A stretch of DNA of 64,000 nt from Dehalococcoidia bacterium (GTDB taxonomy: Bacteria; Chloroflexota; Dehalococcoidia; Bin125). Both the position numbers and the translations under genes were made by a program. The notes under the pieces were generated by a model. That model ran no database searches, was not told the DNA's origin, and saw only the letters and a program-made list of their open reading frames with translations. The stretch covers positions 2,889,691-2,953,690 of the forward strand of contig OZ241982.1 in NCBI GenBank assembly GCA_965204335.1, in the 5' to 3' direction. Every line of letters begins with the position of its first letter. The stretch's first letter is position 1. Below, in pieces: positions 62,790 to 64,000 of the stretch.

Positions 62790-63551
62790 TCAGGCGCTTG
62801 AGCGGCGTCGGCGGAGGATGGCCCTTGGCGTGGCGCTGATGCCTCGCCACTGCTGCCGCAGCAGGCGTCCGGCCCCGATGCTGCGCAAACGCGGATAGTC
62901 CCGGAGTTCTCCGACGGTCGTCCCGGCGTTGAGCGCCGCCCGAAGCGCATCCTGACCACTTCCCTCAAAGGTGGTCACCGACGAGCCGACCTGTTCGTGG
63001 AAATGCGCGTCCGAGCCTCCGGTCGTCACCAGTCCCCAGTGCCGGTTTGCCTCGATCACGCGGTTGCGCCGCCAACGAGCGGAGGGGATCGGGTTGGCGG
63101 TCTCGATCCCGAGGATGGGTGGCCCGTCTCCGCTGCGTTCGGGAGCAAGATCGCGGATGAGCCGGTCGATGTCTCCGATGTTGAGCGCGATTGGCATGAC
63201 GGCGCAGGGGTGCGCGATGATTGCAACGCCGCCCTGTTTCCAGATCGCCTCGACCGTTGCCGCCGCGCTGCGGAAGAGCGGGATCGGTTCATCGATCCAG
63301 AGCGCGAGGATGTGGCCGTGGCGGCTGGTGACCTCGCTGCCGACTATCACTTCGACCGGATGATTCGTTCGCGCCGCCGCCTCGCGGGCGAGATGCGCGC
63401 CGCGCGTCTGGTCGTGATCGGTGACGGCGATGATGTCGACTCCGCGTCGATGCGCCGCATTCAGGATGGTCAGCGCGTCGTCCATGCCGTCCGATTCCTC
63501 GGTGTGGATCTGCAGGTCGGCGCGGCCGACAGTTCGCTCGGATTCGGTCAT
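62790..63551 (-). CDS. PHP-domain metal-dependent phosphoesterase
   Basis: …ADLQIHTEESDG…DIIAVTDHD…GGSDAHF… matches the His/Asp motifs of the PHP domain. Confidence 0.7.
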   Translation of the reverse strand: MTESERTVGRADLQIHTEESDGMDDALTILNAAHRRGVDIIAVTDHDQTRGAHLAREAAARTNHPVEVIVGSEVTSRHGHILALWIDEPIPLFRSAAATVEAIWKQGGVAIIAHPCAVMPIALNIGDIDRLIRDLAPERSGDGPPILGIETANPIPSARWRRNRVIEANRHWGLVTTGGSDAHFHEQVGSSVTTFEGSGQDALRAALNAGTTVGELRDYPRLRSIGAGRLLRQQWRGISATPRAILRRRRSSA

Positions 63552-64000
63552 GATCGGGCCTCAGCCAGGTGGTCGCGGGGATGCGGGTCGTCCCATGGAG
63601 TATCTCGACATGGCGCCCAGGGAGATTCGGCGACTCGCCAGAGATGCGCGTGTTGCTCGATGACCGGCTCGAACAATCGGGCCAGGTTGGCCGTGTTCGT
63701 GCGGGTGTCGAGTGCCCGGTTCCCCTTGATCAGCAGGTCCAGCGGCGGCAGGAACGTGACGTCGAACTGCAGGCGGTCTCGGCCCGGCCGCCTGACCGTG
63801 TAGAGGGGCAACAGGTCCGCCTCGGCGCGGATGGCGAGATCGACCGCGCCGACGGGAAACCGCGCCTGGCGTCCGAAGAAGGGAATGCACGTACCGCCGC
63901 CTTGCCGATCGCGGTCCCAGAGGATGCAGACGACGCCGCCTTCGCGCAGCGTCCGCAGGGCAGTCCCGACGCCGGTCTGCGTTGCGGTCAGGAACTCGAT
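63548..64000 (-). CDS. lipid A biosynthesis acyltransferase (LpxL/HtrB-like; PIM acyltransferase-like), 3' part only (continues beyond window)
   Basis: In-frame translation up to the window edge gives …LRTLREGGVVCILWDRDRQGGGTCIPFFGRQARFPVGAVDLAIRAEADLLPLYTVRR…, the C-terminal half of HtrB-family acyltransferases. 4-nt overlap with the PHP gene. Confidence 0.6.
   Translation of the reverse strand: MEFLTATQTGVGTALRTLREGGVVCILWDRDRQGGGTCIPFFGRQARFPVGAVDLAIRAEADLLPLYTVRRPGRDRLQFDVTFLPPLDLLIKGNRALDTRTNTANLARLFEPVIEQHAHLWRVAESPWAPCRDTPWDDPHPRDHLAEARS

Noticed and set aside
62790-62850. 61-nt overlap between the GT4 gene (as annotated from 62850) and the PHP gene.
   Set aside because: Resolved by using the in-frame GTG at 62769 as the GT4 start. 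The conserved GT4 N-terminus begins there.
1-64000. Transposases, integrases, phage structural genes, rRNA, CRISPR-cas.
   Set aside because: None of the translated ORFs shows DDE/HUH transposase, tyrosine/serine recombinase, capsid/terminase or Cas signatures. No rRNA-like stretches were seen.

Overview
This is a high-GC (roughly 68%) chromosomal segment that looks Actinobacteria- or Chloroflexi-like. It has F420-dependent LLM and PIM-type lipid genes and an orphan NuoG-like gene. Coding density is high on both strands. Because of the GC content, almost every real gene is shadowed by long antisense or Arg/Ala-rich ORFs, which I rejected.

Supported content:
- Housekeeping and metabolic genes: hisG, mfd with a downstream pth, AMP-forming acs next to an ADP-forming acetyl-CoA synthetase alpha/beta pair, pyrE, a D-2-hydroxyacid dehydrogenase, a HpaB-family monooxygenase, two acyl-CoA dehydrogenases, MaoC-like hydratases, a CoxL-like molybdopterin dehydrogenase, a nitronate monooxygenase, a phosphotriesterase-family protein, an F420/LLM oxidoreductase, a four-domain rhodanese, and a ferritin-like-VIT1 fusion.
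- One tRNA-Pro(GGG) and a VapBC toxin-antitoxin pair.
- Several large signal-peptide proteins: an S8 subtilase with beta-helix and IPT domains, a double PPC-domain protein, and a protein with Cys-pair repeats.
- A CDP-alcohol phosphatidyltransferase / GT4 / PHP / HtrB-like acyltransferase cluster that resembles PI/PIM glycolipid synthesis.

No transposase, integrase, CRISPR array or rRNA was seen.

Things that stood out:
1. A family of GC-rich hairpin (REP-like) elements recurs in at least 7 intergenic sites, including a tandem cluster.
2. Two AT-richer islets look acquired. One is a solitary AlbA_2 + HATPase_c_4 protein with an unknown C-terminal domain (35016-36758). The other is a ~1.6 kb islet between acdB and acs that carries an excisionase-type HTH gene, orphan genes and a diverged duplicate of the acs 3' end; this pattern resembles a decayed integration site.
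3. A protein with two tandem NYN domains.
4. Three paralogous DUF1640 coiled-coil proteins with a C-terminal TM segment, one beside the tRNA.
5. Three tandem DinB_2 paralogs flanked by membrane proteins.

All functional calls come from reading the translated ORFs by eye for motifs and domains. No database search was run.
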